Shown here: positions 50,101 to 64,000 of the stretch, piece by piece | Position numbering within the stretch: position 1 is the first letter of the stretch | Layout: each line of letters opens with the position of its first letter | Source of the DNA: Macrostomum lignano | Lineage: Eukaryota | DNA: 64,000 bases | Assembly: GCA_002269645.1 (NCBI GenBank) | Contig: NIVC01001444.1 | Span: 62,001-126,000, forward strand | Direction of reading: 5' to 3' | The notes under the pieces: generated by a model | The model's input: the letters and a program-made list of their open reading frames with translations, nothing else | Told to the model about the DNA's origin: nothing | The model's database searches: none | Program-made: the position numbers and the translations under genes

Positions 50101-53100
50101 ATGCAACTCCGATGCCTCTGACACCCACCGATCACACACATCACTCAGCTGTCCATGCAACTCCGATGCCTCTGACACCCACCGATCACACACATCACTC
50201 AGCTGTCCATGCAACTCCGATGCCTCTGACACCCACCGATCACACACATCACTCAGCTGTGACCTGTCCATGCAACTCCGATGCCTCTGACACCCACCGA
50301 TCACACACATCACTCAGCTGTCCATGCAGCTCCGATGCCTCTGACACCCACCGATCACACACATCACTCAGCTGTCCATGCAACTCCGATGCCTCTGACA
50401 CCCACCGATCACACACATCACTCAGCTGTCCATGCAACTCCGATGCCTCTGACACCCACCGATCACACACATCACTCAGCTGTCCATGCAACTCCGATGC
50501 CTCTGACACCCACCGATCACACACATCACTCAGCTGTCCATGCAACTCCGATGCCTCTGACACCCACCGATCACACACATCACTCAGCTGTCCATGCAAC
50601 TCCGATGCCTCTGACACCCACCGATCACACACATCACTCAGCTGTGACCTGTCCATGCAACTCCGATGCCTCTGACACCCACCGATCACACACATCACTC
50701 AGCTGTCCATGCAACTCCGATGCCTCTGACACCCACCGATCACACACATCACTCAGCTGTCCATGCAACTCCGATGCCTCTGACACCCACCGATCACACA
50801 CATCACTCAGCTGTCCATGCAACTCCGATGCCTCTGACACCCACCGATCACACACATCACTCAGCTGTCCATGCAGCTCCGATGCCTCTGACACCCACCG
50901 ATCACACACATCACTCAGCTGTCCATGCAACTCCGATGCCTCTGACACCCACCGATCACACACATCACTCAGCTGTCCATGCAACTCCGATGCCTCTGAC
51001 ACCCACCGATCACACACATCACTCAGCTGTCCATGCAACTCCGATGCCTCTGACACCCACCGATCACACACATCACTCAGCTGTCCTGTCCATGCAACTC
51101 CGATGCCTCTGACACCCACCGATCACACACATCACTCAGCTGTCCATGCAACTCCGATGCCTCTGACACCCACCGATCACACACATCACTCAGCTGTCCA
51201 TGCAACTCCGATGCCTCTGACACCCACCGATCACACACATCACTCAGCTGTCCATGCATGCTCCGATGCCTCTGACACCCACCGATCACACACATCACTC
51301 AGCTGTGACCATGCATGCTCCGATGCCTCTGACACCCACCGATCACACACATCACTCAGCTGTCCATGCATGCAACTCCGATGCCTCTGACACCCACCGA
51401 TCACACACATCACTCAGCTGTCCTGTCCATGCAACTCCGATGCCTCTGACACCCACCGATCACACACATCACTCAGCTGTGACCTGTCCATGCAACTCCG
51501 ATGCCTCTGACACCCACCGATCACACACATCACTCAGCTGTGACCTGTCCATGCAACTCCGATGCCTCTGACACCCACCGATCACACACATCACTCAGCT
51601 GTCCATGCAGCTCCGATGCCTCTGACACCCACCGATCACACACATCACTCAGCTGTGACCTGTCCATGCAACTCCGATGCCTCTGACACCCACCGATCAC
51701 ACACATCACTCAGCTGTGACCTGTCCATGCAACTCCGATGCCTCTGACACCCACCGATCACACACATCACTCAGCTGTCCATGCAACTCCGATGCCTCTG
51801 ACACCCACCGATCACACACATCACTCAGCTGTCCTGTCATGCAACTCCGATGCCTCTGACACCCACCGATCACACACATCACTCAGCTGTCCATGCAACT
51901 CCGATGCCTCTGACACCCACCGATCACACACATCACTCAGCTGTGACCTGTCCATGCAACTCCGATGCCTCTGACACCCACCGATCACACACATCACTCA
52001 GCTGTCCATGCAGCTCCGATGCCTCTGACACCCACCGATCACACACATCACTCAGCTGTCCATGCAGCTCCGATGCCTCTGACACCCACCGATCACACAC
52101 ATCACTCAGCTGTCCTGTCCATGCAACTCCGATGCCTCTGACACCCACCGATCACACACATCACTCAGCTGTCCATGCATGCTCCGATGCCTCTGACACC
52201 CACCGATCACACACATCACTCAGCTGTCCATGCAACTCCGATGCCTCTGACACCCACCGATCACACACATCACTCAGCTGTCCATGCAACTCCGATGCCT
52301 CTGACACCCACCGATCACACACATCACTCAGCTGTCCATGCATGCTCCGATGCCTCTGACACCCACCGATCACACACATCACTCAGCTGTCCATGCAGCT
52401 CCGATGCCTCTGACACCCACCGATCACACACATCACTCAGCTGTCCATGCAACTCCGATGCCTCTGACACCCACCGATCACACACATCACTCAGCTGTGA
52501 CCTGTCCATGCAACTCCGATGCCTCTGACACCCACCGATCACACACATCACTCAGCTGTGACCTGTCATGCAACTCCGATGCCTCTGACACCCACCGATC
52601 ACACACATCACTCAGCTGTCCATGCAGCTCCGATGCCTCTGACACCCACCGATCACACACATCACTCAGCTGTCCATGCAACTCCGATGCCTCTGACACC
52701 CACCGATCACACACATCACTCAGCTGTGACCTGCATGCTCCGATGCCTCTGACACCCACCGATCACACACATCACTCAGCTGTCCATGCAGCTCCGATGC
52801 CTCTGACACCCACCGATCACACACATCACTCAGCTGTCCATGCAACTCCGATGCCTCTGACACCCACCGATCACACACATCACTCAGCTGTGACCTGTCC
52901 ATGCAACTCCGATGCCTCTGACACCCACCGATCACACACATCACTCAGCTGTCCATGCATGCTCCGATGCCTCTGACACCCACCGATCACACACATCACT
53001 CAGCTGTCCATGCAGCTCCGATGCCTCTGACACCCACCGATCACACACATCACTCAGCTGTCCATGCAGCTCCGATGCCTCTGACACCCACCGATCACAC

Positions 53101-56100
53101 ACATCACTCAGCTGTCCATGCAGCTCCGATGCCTCTGACACCCACCGATCACACACATCACTCAGCTGTCCTGTCCATGCAACTCCGATGCCTCTGACAC
53201 CCACCGATCACACACATCACTCAGCTGTCCTGTCATGCAACTCCGATGCCTCTGACACCCACCGATCACACACATCACTCAGCTGTCCATGCAGCTCCGA
53301 TGCCTCTGACACCCACCGATCACACACATCACTCAGCTGTCCTGCATGCTCCGATGCCTCTGACACCCACCGATCACACACATCACTCAGCTGTGACCTG
53401 TCCATGCAACTCCGATGCCTCTGACACCCACCGATCACACACATCACTCAGCTGTCCATGCAACTCCGATGCCTCTGACACCCACCGATCACACACATCA
53501 CTCAGCTGTCCATGCAACTCCGATGCCTCTGACACCCACCGATCACACACATCACTCAGCTGTGACCATGCAACTCCGATGCCTCTGACACCCACCGATC
53601 ACACACATCACTCAGCTGTCCATGCAGCTCCGATGCCTCTGACACCCACCGATCACACACATCACTCAGCTGTCCATGCAACTCCGATGCCTCTGACACC
53701 CACCGATCACACACATCACTCAGCTGTCCTGCATGCAACTCCGATGCCTCTGACACCCACCGATCACACACATCACTCAGCTGTCCATGCAGCTCCGATG
53801 CCTCTGACACCCACCGATCACACACATCACTCAGCTGTCCATGCAACTCCGATGCCTCTGACACCCACCGATCACACACATCACTCAGCTGTCCATGCAA
53901 CTCCGATGCCTCTGACACCCACCGATCACACACATCACTCAGCTGTCCATGCATGCTCCGATGCCTCTGACACCCACCGATCACACACATCACTCAGCTG
54001 TCCATGCAGCTCCGATGCCTCTGACACCCACCGATCACACACATCACTCAGCTGTCCATGCAACTCCGATGCCTCTGACACCCACCGATCACACACATCA
54101 CTCAGCTGTGACCTGTCCATGCAACTCCGATGCCTCTGACACCCACCGATCACACACATCACTCAGCTGTCCATGCAGCTCCGATGCCTCTGACACCCAC
54201 CGATCACACACATCACTCAGCTGTCCATGCATGCTCCGATGCCTCTGACACCCACCGATCACACACATCACTCAGCTGTCCTGTCATGCAACTCCGATGC
54301 CTCTGACACCCACCGATCACACACATCACTCAGCTGTCCATGCAGCTCCGATGCCTCTGACACCCACCGATCACACACATCACTCAGCTGTCCATGCAAC
54401 TCCGATGCCTCTGACACCCACCGATCACACACATCACTCAGCTGTCCATGCAACTCCGATGCCTCTGACACCCACCGATCACACACATCACTCAGCTGTG
54501 ACCTGTCCATGCAACTCCGATGCCTCTGACACCCACCGATCACACACATCACTCAGCTGTCCATGCAACTCCGATGCCTCTGACACCCACCGATCACACA
54601 CATCACTCAGCTGTCCATGCATGCTCCGATGCCTCTGACACCCACCGATCACACACATCACTCAGCTGTCCATGCAACTCCGATGCCTCTGACACCCACC
54701 GATCACACACATCACTCAGCTGTCCATGCAACTCCGATGCCTCTGACACCCACCGATCACACACATCACTCAGCTGTCCTGCATGCAACTCCGATGCCTC
54801 TGACACCCACCGATCACACACATCACTCAGCTGTCCATGCAACTCCGATGCCTCTGACACCCACCGATCACACACATCACTCAGCTGTCCATGCAACTCC
54901 GATGCCTCTGACACCCACCGATCACACACATCACTCAGCTGTGACCTGTCCATGCAACTCCGATGCCTCTGACACCCACCGATCACACACATCACTCAGC
55001 TGTCCATGCAACTCCGATGCCTCTGACACCCACCGATCACACACATCACTCAGCTGTGACCTGTCCATGCAACTCCGATGCCTCTGACACCCACCGATCA
55101 CACACATCACTCAGCTGTGACCTGTCCATGCAACTCCGATGCCTCTGACACCCACCGATCACACACATCACTCAGCTGTCCATGCAACTCCGATGCCTCT
55201 GACACCCACCGATCACACACATCACTCAGCTGTCCATGCAACTCCGATGCCTCTGACACCCACCGATCACACACATCACTCAGCTGTCCATGCAACTCCG
55301 ATGCCTCTGACACCCACCGATCACACACATCACTCAGCTGTCCATGCAACTCCGATGCCTCTGACACCCACCGATCACACACATCACTCAGCTGTCCATG
55401 CAACTCCGATGCCTCTGACACCCACCGATCACACACATCACTCAGCTGTCCATGCAGCTCCGATGCCTCTGACACCCACCGATCACACACATCACTCAGC
55501 TGTCCTGTCATGCAACTCCGATGCCTCTGACACCCACCGATCACACACATCACTCAGCTGTCCATGCAGCTCCGATGCCTCTGACACCCACCGATCACAC
55601 ACATCACTCAGCTGTCCATGCACTCCGATGCCTCTGACACCCACCGATCACACACATCACTCAGCTGTCCATGCAACTCCGATGCCTCTGACACCCACCG
55701 ATCACACACATCACTCAGCTGTCCATGCAGCTCCGATGCCTCTGACACCCACCGATCACACACATCACTCAGCTGTCCATGCAACTCCGATGCCTCTGAC
55801 ACCCACCGATCACACACATCACTCAGCTGTCCTGTCCATGCAACTCCGATGCCTCTGACACCCACCGATCACACACATCACTCAGCTGTGACCTGTCCAT
55901 GCAACTCCGATGCCTCTGACACCCACCGATCACACACATCACTCAGCTGTCCTGCATGCACTCCGATGCCTCTGACACCCACCGATCACACACATCACTC
56001 AGCTGTCCATGCAACTCCGATGCCTCTGACACCCACCGATCACACACATCACTCAGCTGTGACCTGTCCATGCAACTCCGATGCCTCTGACACCCACCGA

Positions 56101-59100
56101 TCACACACATCACTCAGCCTGTCCATGCAACTCCGATGCCTCTGACACCCACCGATCACACACATCACTCAGCTGTCCATGCAACTCCGATGCCTCTGAC
56201 ACCCACCGATCACACACATCACTCAGCTGTCCTGTCATGCAACTCCGATGCCTCTGACACCCACCGATCACACACATCACTCAGCTGTGACCTGTCCATG
56301 CAACTCCGATGCCTCTGACACCCACCGATCACACACATCACTCAGCTGTCCTGCATGCACTCCGATGCCTCTGACACCCACCGATCACACACATCACTCA
56401 GCTGTCCATGCAACTCCGATGCCTCTGACACCCACCGATCACACACATCACTCAGCTGTCCTGTCCATGCAACTCCGATGCCTCTGACACCCACCGATCA
56501 CACACATCACTCAGCTGTCCATGCAACTCCGATGCCTCTGACACCCACCGATCACACACATCACTCAGCTGTGACCTGTCCATGCAACTCCGATGCCTCT
56601 GACACCCACCGATCACACACATCACTCAGCTGTCCATGCAACTCCGATGCCTCTGACACCCACCGATCACACACATCACTCAGCTGTCCATGCACTCCGA
56701 TGCCTCTGACACCCACCGATCACACACATCACTCAGCTGTCCATGCATGCTCCGATGCCTCTGACACCCACCGATCACACACATCACTCAGCTGTGACCT
56801 GTCCATGCAACTCCGATGCCTCTGACACCCACCGATCACACACATCACTCAGCTGTCCATGCAACTCCGATGCCTCTGACACCCACCGATCACACACATC
56901 ACTCAGCTGTCCATGCACTCCGATGCCTCTGACACCCACCGATCACACACATCACTCAGCTGTGACCTGTCCATGCAACTCCGATGCCTCTGACACCCAC
57001 CGATCACACACATCACTCAGCTGTCCATGCAGCTCCGATGCCTCTGACACCCACCGATCACACACATCACTCAGCTGTCCATGCAACTCCGATGCCTCTG
57101 ACACCCACCGATCACACACATCACTCAGCTGTGACCTGTCCATGCAACTCCGATGCCTCTGACACCCACCGATCACACACATCACTCAGCTGTCCATGCA
57201 GCTCCGATGCCTCTGACACCCACCGATCACACACATCACTCAGCTGTCCATGCAACTCCGATGCCTCTGACACCCACCGATCACACACATCACTCAGCTG
57301 TGACCTGTCCATGCAACTCCGATGCCTCTGACACCCACCGATCACACACATCACTCAGCTGTCCATGCAGCTCCGATGCCTCTGACACCCACCGATCACA
57401 CACATCACTCAGCTGTCCATGCAGCTCCGATGCCTCTGACACCCACCGATCACACACATCACTCAGCTGTGACCTGTCCATGCAACTCCGATGCCTCTGA
57501 CACCCACCGATCACACACATCACTCAGCTGTCCTGTCATGCTCCGATGCCTCTGACACCCACCGATCACACACATCACTCAGCTGTCCATGCAGCTCCGA
57601 TGCCTCTGACACCCACCGATCACACACATCACTCAGCTGTGACCTGTCCATGCAACTCCGATGCCTCTGACACCCACCGATCACACACATCACTCAGCTG
57701 TCCTGTCCATGCAACTCCGATGCCTCTGACACCCACCGATCACACACATCACTCAGCTGTCCATGCAACTCCGATGCCTCTGACACCCACCGATCACACA
57801 CATCACTCAGCTGTGACCTGTCCATGCAACTCCGATGCCTCTGACACCCACCGATCACACACATCACTCAGCTGTCCATGCAGCTCCGATGCCTCTGACA
57901 CCCACCGATCACACACATCACTCAGCTGTCCTGTCCATGCAACTCCGATGCCTCTGACACCCACCGATCACACACATCACTCAGCTGTCCCATGCAACTC
58001 CGATGCCTCTGACACCCACCGATCACACACATCACTCAGCTGTCCATGCATGCTCCGATGCCTCTGACACCCACCGATCACACACATCACTCAGCTGTCC
58101 ATGCAACTCCGATGCCTCTGACACCCACCGATCACACACATCACTCAGCTGTCCTGTCCATGCAACTCCGATGCCTCTGACACCCACCGATCACACACAT
58201 CACTCAGCTGTGACCTGTCCATGCAACTCCGATGCCTCTGACACCCACCGATCACACACATCACTCAGCTGTGACCTGTCCATGCAACTCCGATGCCTCT
58301 GACACCCACCGATCACACACATCACTCAGCTGTCCATGCAACTCCGATGCCTCTGACACCCACCGATCACACACATCACTCAGCTGTCCATGCAACTCCG
58401 ATGCCTCTGACACCCACCGATCACACACATCACTCAGCTGTGACCTGTCCATGCAACTCCGATGCCTCTGACACCCACCGATCACACACATCACTCAGCT
58501 GTGACCTGTCCATGCAACTCCGATGCCTCTGACACCCACCGATCACACACATCACTCAGCTGTCCATGCAACTCCGATGCCTCTGACACCCACCGATCAC
58601 ACACATCACTCAGCTGTCCTGTCCATGCAACTCCGATGCCTCTGACACCCACCGATCACACACATCACTCAGCTGTCCATGCAACTCCGATGCCTCTGAC
58701 ACCCACCGATCACACACATCACTCAGCTGTCCATGCAACTCCGATGCCTCTGACACCCACCGATCACACACATCACTCAGCTGACCTGTCCATGCAACTC
58801 CGATGCCTCTGACACCCACCGATCACACACATCACTCAGCTGTCCATGCAACTCCGATGCCTCTGACACCCACCGATCACACACATCACTCAGCTGTCCA
58901 TGCAACTCCGATGCCTCTGACACCCACCGATCACACACATCACTCAGCTGTGACCTGTCCATGCAACTCCGATGCCTCTGACACCCACCGATCACACACA
59001 TCACTCAGCTGTCCATGCAACTCCGATGCCTCTGACACCCACCGATCACACACATCACTCAGCTGTCCATGCAACTCCGATGCCTCTGACACCCACCGAT

Positions 59101-62100
59101 CACACACATCACTCAGCTGTGACCTGTCCATGCAACTCCGATGCCTCTGACACCCACCGATCACACACATCACTCAGCTGTGACCTGTCCATGCAACTCC
59201 GATGCCTCTGACACCCACCGATCACACACATCACTCAGCTGTGACCTGTCCATGCAACTCCGATGCCTCTGACACCCACCGATCACACACATCACTCAGC
59301 TGTCCATGCAACTCCGATGCCTCTGACACCCACCGATCACACACATCACTCAGCTGTCCATGCAACTCCGATGCCTCTGACACCCACCGATCACACACAT
59401 CACTCAGCTGTCCATGCAACTCCGATGCCTCTGACACCCACCGATCACACACATCACTCAGCTGTGACCTGTCCATGCAACTCCGATGCCTCTGACACCC
59501 ACCGATCACACACATCACTCAGCTGTGACCTGTCCATGCAACTCCGATGCCTCTGACACCCACCGATCACACACATCACTCAGCTGTCCATGCAGCTCCG
59601 ATGCCTCTGACACCCACCGATCACACACATCACTCAGCTGTGACCTGTCCATGCAACTCCGATGCCTCTGACACCCACCGATCACACACATCACTCAGCT
59701 GTGACCTGTCCATGCAACTCCGATGCCTCTGACACCCACCGATCACACACATCACTCAGCTGTCCATGCACTCCGATGCCTCTGACACCCACCGATCACA
59801 CACATCACTCAGCTGTGACCTGTCCATGCAACTCCGATGCCTCTGACACCCACCGATCACACACATCACTCAGCTGTGACCTGTCCATGCAACTCCGATG
59901 CCTCTGACACCCACCGATCACACACATCACTCAGCTGTCCATGCAGCTCCGATGCCTCTGACACCCACCGATCACACACATCACTCAGCTGTGACCTGTC
60001 CATGCAACTCCGATGCCTCTGACACCCACCGATCACACACATCACTCAGCTGTCCATGCAACTCCGATGCCTCTGACACCCACCGATCACACACATCACT
60101 CAGCTGTCCATGCAACTCCGATGCCTCTGACACCCACCGATCACACACATCACTCAGCTGTGACCTGTCCATGCAACTCCGATGCCTCTGACACCCACCG
60201 ATCACACACATCACTCAGCTGTGACCTGTCCATGCAACTCCGATGCCTCTGACACCCACCGATCACACACATCACTCAGCTGTGACCTGTCCATGCAACT
60301 CCGATGCCTCTGACACCCACCGATCACACACATCACTCAGCTGTCCATGCAACTCCGATGCCTCTGACACCCACCGATCACACACATCACTCAGCTGTCC
60401 ATGCACTCCGATGCCTCTGACACCCACCGATCACACACATCACTCAGCTGTCCATGCAACTCCGATGCCTCTGACACCCACCGATCACACACATCACTCA
60501 GCTGTGACCTGTCCATGCAACTCCGATGCCTCTGACACCCACCGATCACACACATCACTCAGCTGTGACCTGTCCATGCAACTCCGATGCCTCTGACACC
60601 CACCGATCACACACATCACTCAGCTGTCCATGCAACTCCGATGCCTCTGACACCCACCGATCACACACATCACTCAGCTGTGACCTGTCCATGCAACTCC
60701 GATGCCTCTGACACCCACCGATCACACACATCACTCAGCTGTCCATGCAACTCCGATGCCTCTGACACCCACCGATCACACACATCACTCAGCTGTGACC
60801 TGTCCATGCAACTCCGATGCCTCTGACACCCACCGATCACACACATCACTCAGCTGTCCATGCAACTCCGATGCCTCTGACACCCACCGATCACACACAT
60901 CACTCAGCTGTCCATGCAACTCCGATGCCTCTGACACCCACCGATCACACACATCACTCAGCTGTCCTGTCCATGCAACTCCGATGCCTCTGACACCCAC
61001 CGATCACACACATCACTCAGCTGTCCATGCAGCTCCGATGCCTCTGACACCCACCGATCACACACATCACTCAGCTGTCCATGCAACTCCGATGCCTCTG
61101 ACACCCACCGATCACACACATCACTCAGCTGTCCATGCAGCTCCGATGCCTCTGACACCCACCGATCACACACATCACTCAGCTGTCCTGTCATGCAACT
61201 CCGATGCCTCTGACACCCACCGATCACACACATCACTCAGCTGTCCATGCAGCTCCGATGCCTCTGACACCCACCGATCACACACATCACTCAGCTGTCC
61301 ATGCAACTCCGATGCCTCTGACACCCACCGATCACACACATCACTCAGCTGTGACCTGTCCATGCAACTCCGATGCCTCTGACACCCACCGATCACACAC
61401 ATCACTCAGCTGTCCATGCATGCTCCGATGCCTCTGACACCCACCGATCACACACATCACTCAGCTGTCCATGCAGCTCCGATGCCTCTGACACCCACCG
61501 ATCACACACATCACTCAGCTGTGACCTGTCCATGCAACTCCGATGCCTCTGACACCCACCGATCACACACATCACTCAGCTGTGACCTGTCCATGCAACT
61601 CCGATGCCTCTGACACCCACCGATCACACACATCACTCAGCTGTCCATGCACTCCGATGCCTCTGACACCCACCGATCACACACATCACTCAGCTGTCCA
61701 TGCAACTCCGATGCCTCTGACACCCACCGATCACACACATCACTCAGCTGTGACCTGTCCATGCAACTCCGATGCCTCTGACACCCACCGATCACACACA
61801 TCACTCAGCTGTCCTGTCATGCAACTCCGATGCCTCTGACACCCACCGATCACACACATCACTCAGCTGTCCTGTCCATGCAACTCCGATGCCTCTGACA
61901 CCCACCGATCACACACATCACTCAGCTGTCCATGCAACTCCGATGCCTCTGACACCCACCGATCACACACATCACTCAGCTGTCCATGCAACTCCGATGC
62001 CTCTGACACCCACCGATCACACACATCACTCAGCTGTGACCTGTCCATGCAACTCCGATGCCTCTGACACCCACCGATCACACACATCACTCAGCTGTCC

Positions 62101-64000
62101 ATGCAGCTCCGATGCCTCTGACACCCACCGATCACACACATCACTCAGCTGTCCATGCAACTCCGATGCCTCTGACACCCACCGATCACACACATCACTC
62201 AGCTGTCCATGCAGCTCCGATGCCTCTGACACCCACCGATCACACACATCACTCAGCTGTGACCTGTCCATGCAACTCCGATGCCTCTGACACCCACCGA
62301 TCACACACATCACTCAGCTGTGACCTGTCCATGCAACTCCGATGCCTCTGACACCCACCGATCACACACATCACTCAGCTGTCCATGCAGCTCCGATGCC
62401 TCTGACACCCACCGATCACACACATCACTCAGCTGTCCTGTCATGCAACTCCGATGCCTCTGACACCCACCGATCACACACATCACTCAGCTGTCCATGC
62501 AACTCCGATGCCTCTGACACCCACCGATCACACACATCACTCAGCTGTGACCTGTCCATGCAACTCCGATGCCTCTGACACCCACCGATCACACACATCA
62601 CTCAGCTGTCCTGTCCATGCAACTCCGATGCCTCTGACACCCACCGATCACACACATCACTCAGCTGTCCATGCAGCTCCGATGCCTCTGACACCCACCG
62701 ATCACACACATCACTCAGCTGTCCATGCAGCTCCGATGCCTCTGACACCCACCGATCACACACATCACTCAGCTGTCCATGCAGCTCCGATGCCTCTGAC
62801 ACCCACCGATCACACACATCACTCAGCTGTCCATGCAGCTCCGATGCCTCTGACACCCACCGATCACACACATCACTCAGCTGTCCATGCAGCTCCGATG
62901 CCTCTGACACCCACCGATCACACACATCACTCAGCTGTGACCTGTCCATGCAACTCCGATGCCTCTGACACCCACCGATCACACACATCACTCAGCTGTC
63001 CATGCAGCTCCGATGCCTCTGACACCCACCGATCACACACATCACTCAGCTGTCCTGTCCATGCAACTCCGATGCCTCTGACACCCACCGATCACACACA
63101 TCACTCAGCTGTCCATGCAACTCCGATGCCTCTGACACCCACCGATCACACACATCACTCAGCTGTCCATGCAACTCCGATGCCTCTGACACCCACCGAT
63201 CACACACATCACTCAGCTGTCCATGCAGCTCCGATGCCTCTGACACCCACCGATCACACACATCACTCAGCTGTGACCTGTCCATGCAACTCCGATGCCT
63301 CTGACACCCACCGATCACACACATCACTCAGCTGTGACCTGTCCATGCAACTCCGATGCCTCTGACACCCACCGATCACACACATCACTCAGCTGTCCAT
63401 GCAACTCCGATGCCTCTGACACCCACCGATCACACACATCACTCAGCTGTCCTGTCCATGCAACTCCGATGCCTCTGACACCCACCGATCACACACATCA
63501 CTCAGCTGTCCATGCAACTCCGATGCCTCTGACACCCACCGATCACACACATCACTCAGCTGTCCATGCAACTCCGATGCCTCTGACACCCACCGATCAC
63601 ACACATCACTCAGCTGTGACCTGTCCATGCAACTCCGATGCCTCTGACACCCACCGATCACACACATCACTCAGCTGTCCATGCAACTCCGATGCCTCTG
63701 ACACCCACCGATCACACACATCACTCAGCTGTCCATGCAACTCCGATGCCTCTGACACCCACCGATCACACACATCACTCAGCTGTCCATGCAGCTCCGA
63801 TGCCTCTGACACCCACCGATCACACACATCACTCAGCTGTCCTGCATGCTCCGATGCCTCTGACACCCACCGATCACACACATCACTCAGCTGTCCATGC
63901 ATGCTCCGATGCCTCTGACACCCACCGATCACACACATCACTCAGCTGTCCATGCAACTCCGATGCCTCTGACACCCACCGATCACACACATCACTCAGC
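44139..64000. repeat. Satellite array of at least 19.8 kb, about 350 units of 54 bp (gcctctgacacccaccgatcacacacatcactcagctgtccatgcagctccgat) and 61 bp (+gacctgt)
   Basis: Continuous to the window end; invariant core of about 40 bp; 115- and 169-bp higher-order periods visible in ORF offsets (56984, 57153, 57322). Confidence 0.99.

Noticed and set aside
44139-64000. Constant repeat plus variable segment resembling a CRISPR array, and many His/Thr/Cys-rich ORFs
   Set aside because: The variable part is a few slippage alleles, not unique spacers; no cas genes; eukaryotic context. The ORFs are translations of the repeat that switch frame with unit length.

Overview
Eukaryotic (animal) genomic DNA with no prokaryotic features. 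Short GC3-rich exons sit in AT-richer introns packed with many unrelated minisatellites; this style resembles the flatworm Macrostomum, but the organism is my inference. The one confidently identifiable gene is a spliced voltage-gated proton channel (Hv/HVCN1-like) on the + strand. Five exons (36028-43637) join with consistent phases into about 393 codons. It keeps the S1 Asp selectivity filter, lacks the first S4 arginine (LLWRIVRVING) and has an S1-S2 loop of about 160 aa. Upstream are candidate exons of an unidentified small protein: three phase-2 first exons and one shared exon, possibly co-transcribed with the channel. Mobile elements: a 2.0-kb P-superfamily element with a THAP fragment, TIRs and an 8-bp TSD; a 43-bp mini-derivative with related ends; two full copies and two fragments of a tRNA-derived SINE; and two TIR elements carrying internal tandem arrays. 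The last ~19.9 kb is one 54/61-bp satellite running off the window edge. Almost all long ORFs in the supplied track are translated tandem repeats. Repeat boundaries and copy numbers are approximate, read by eye.
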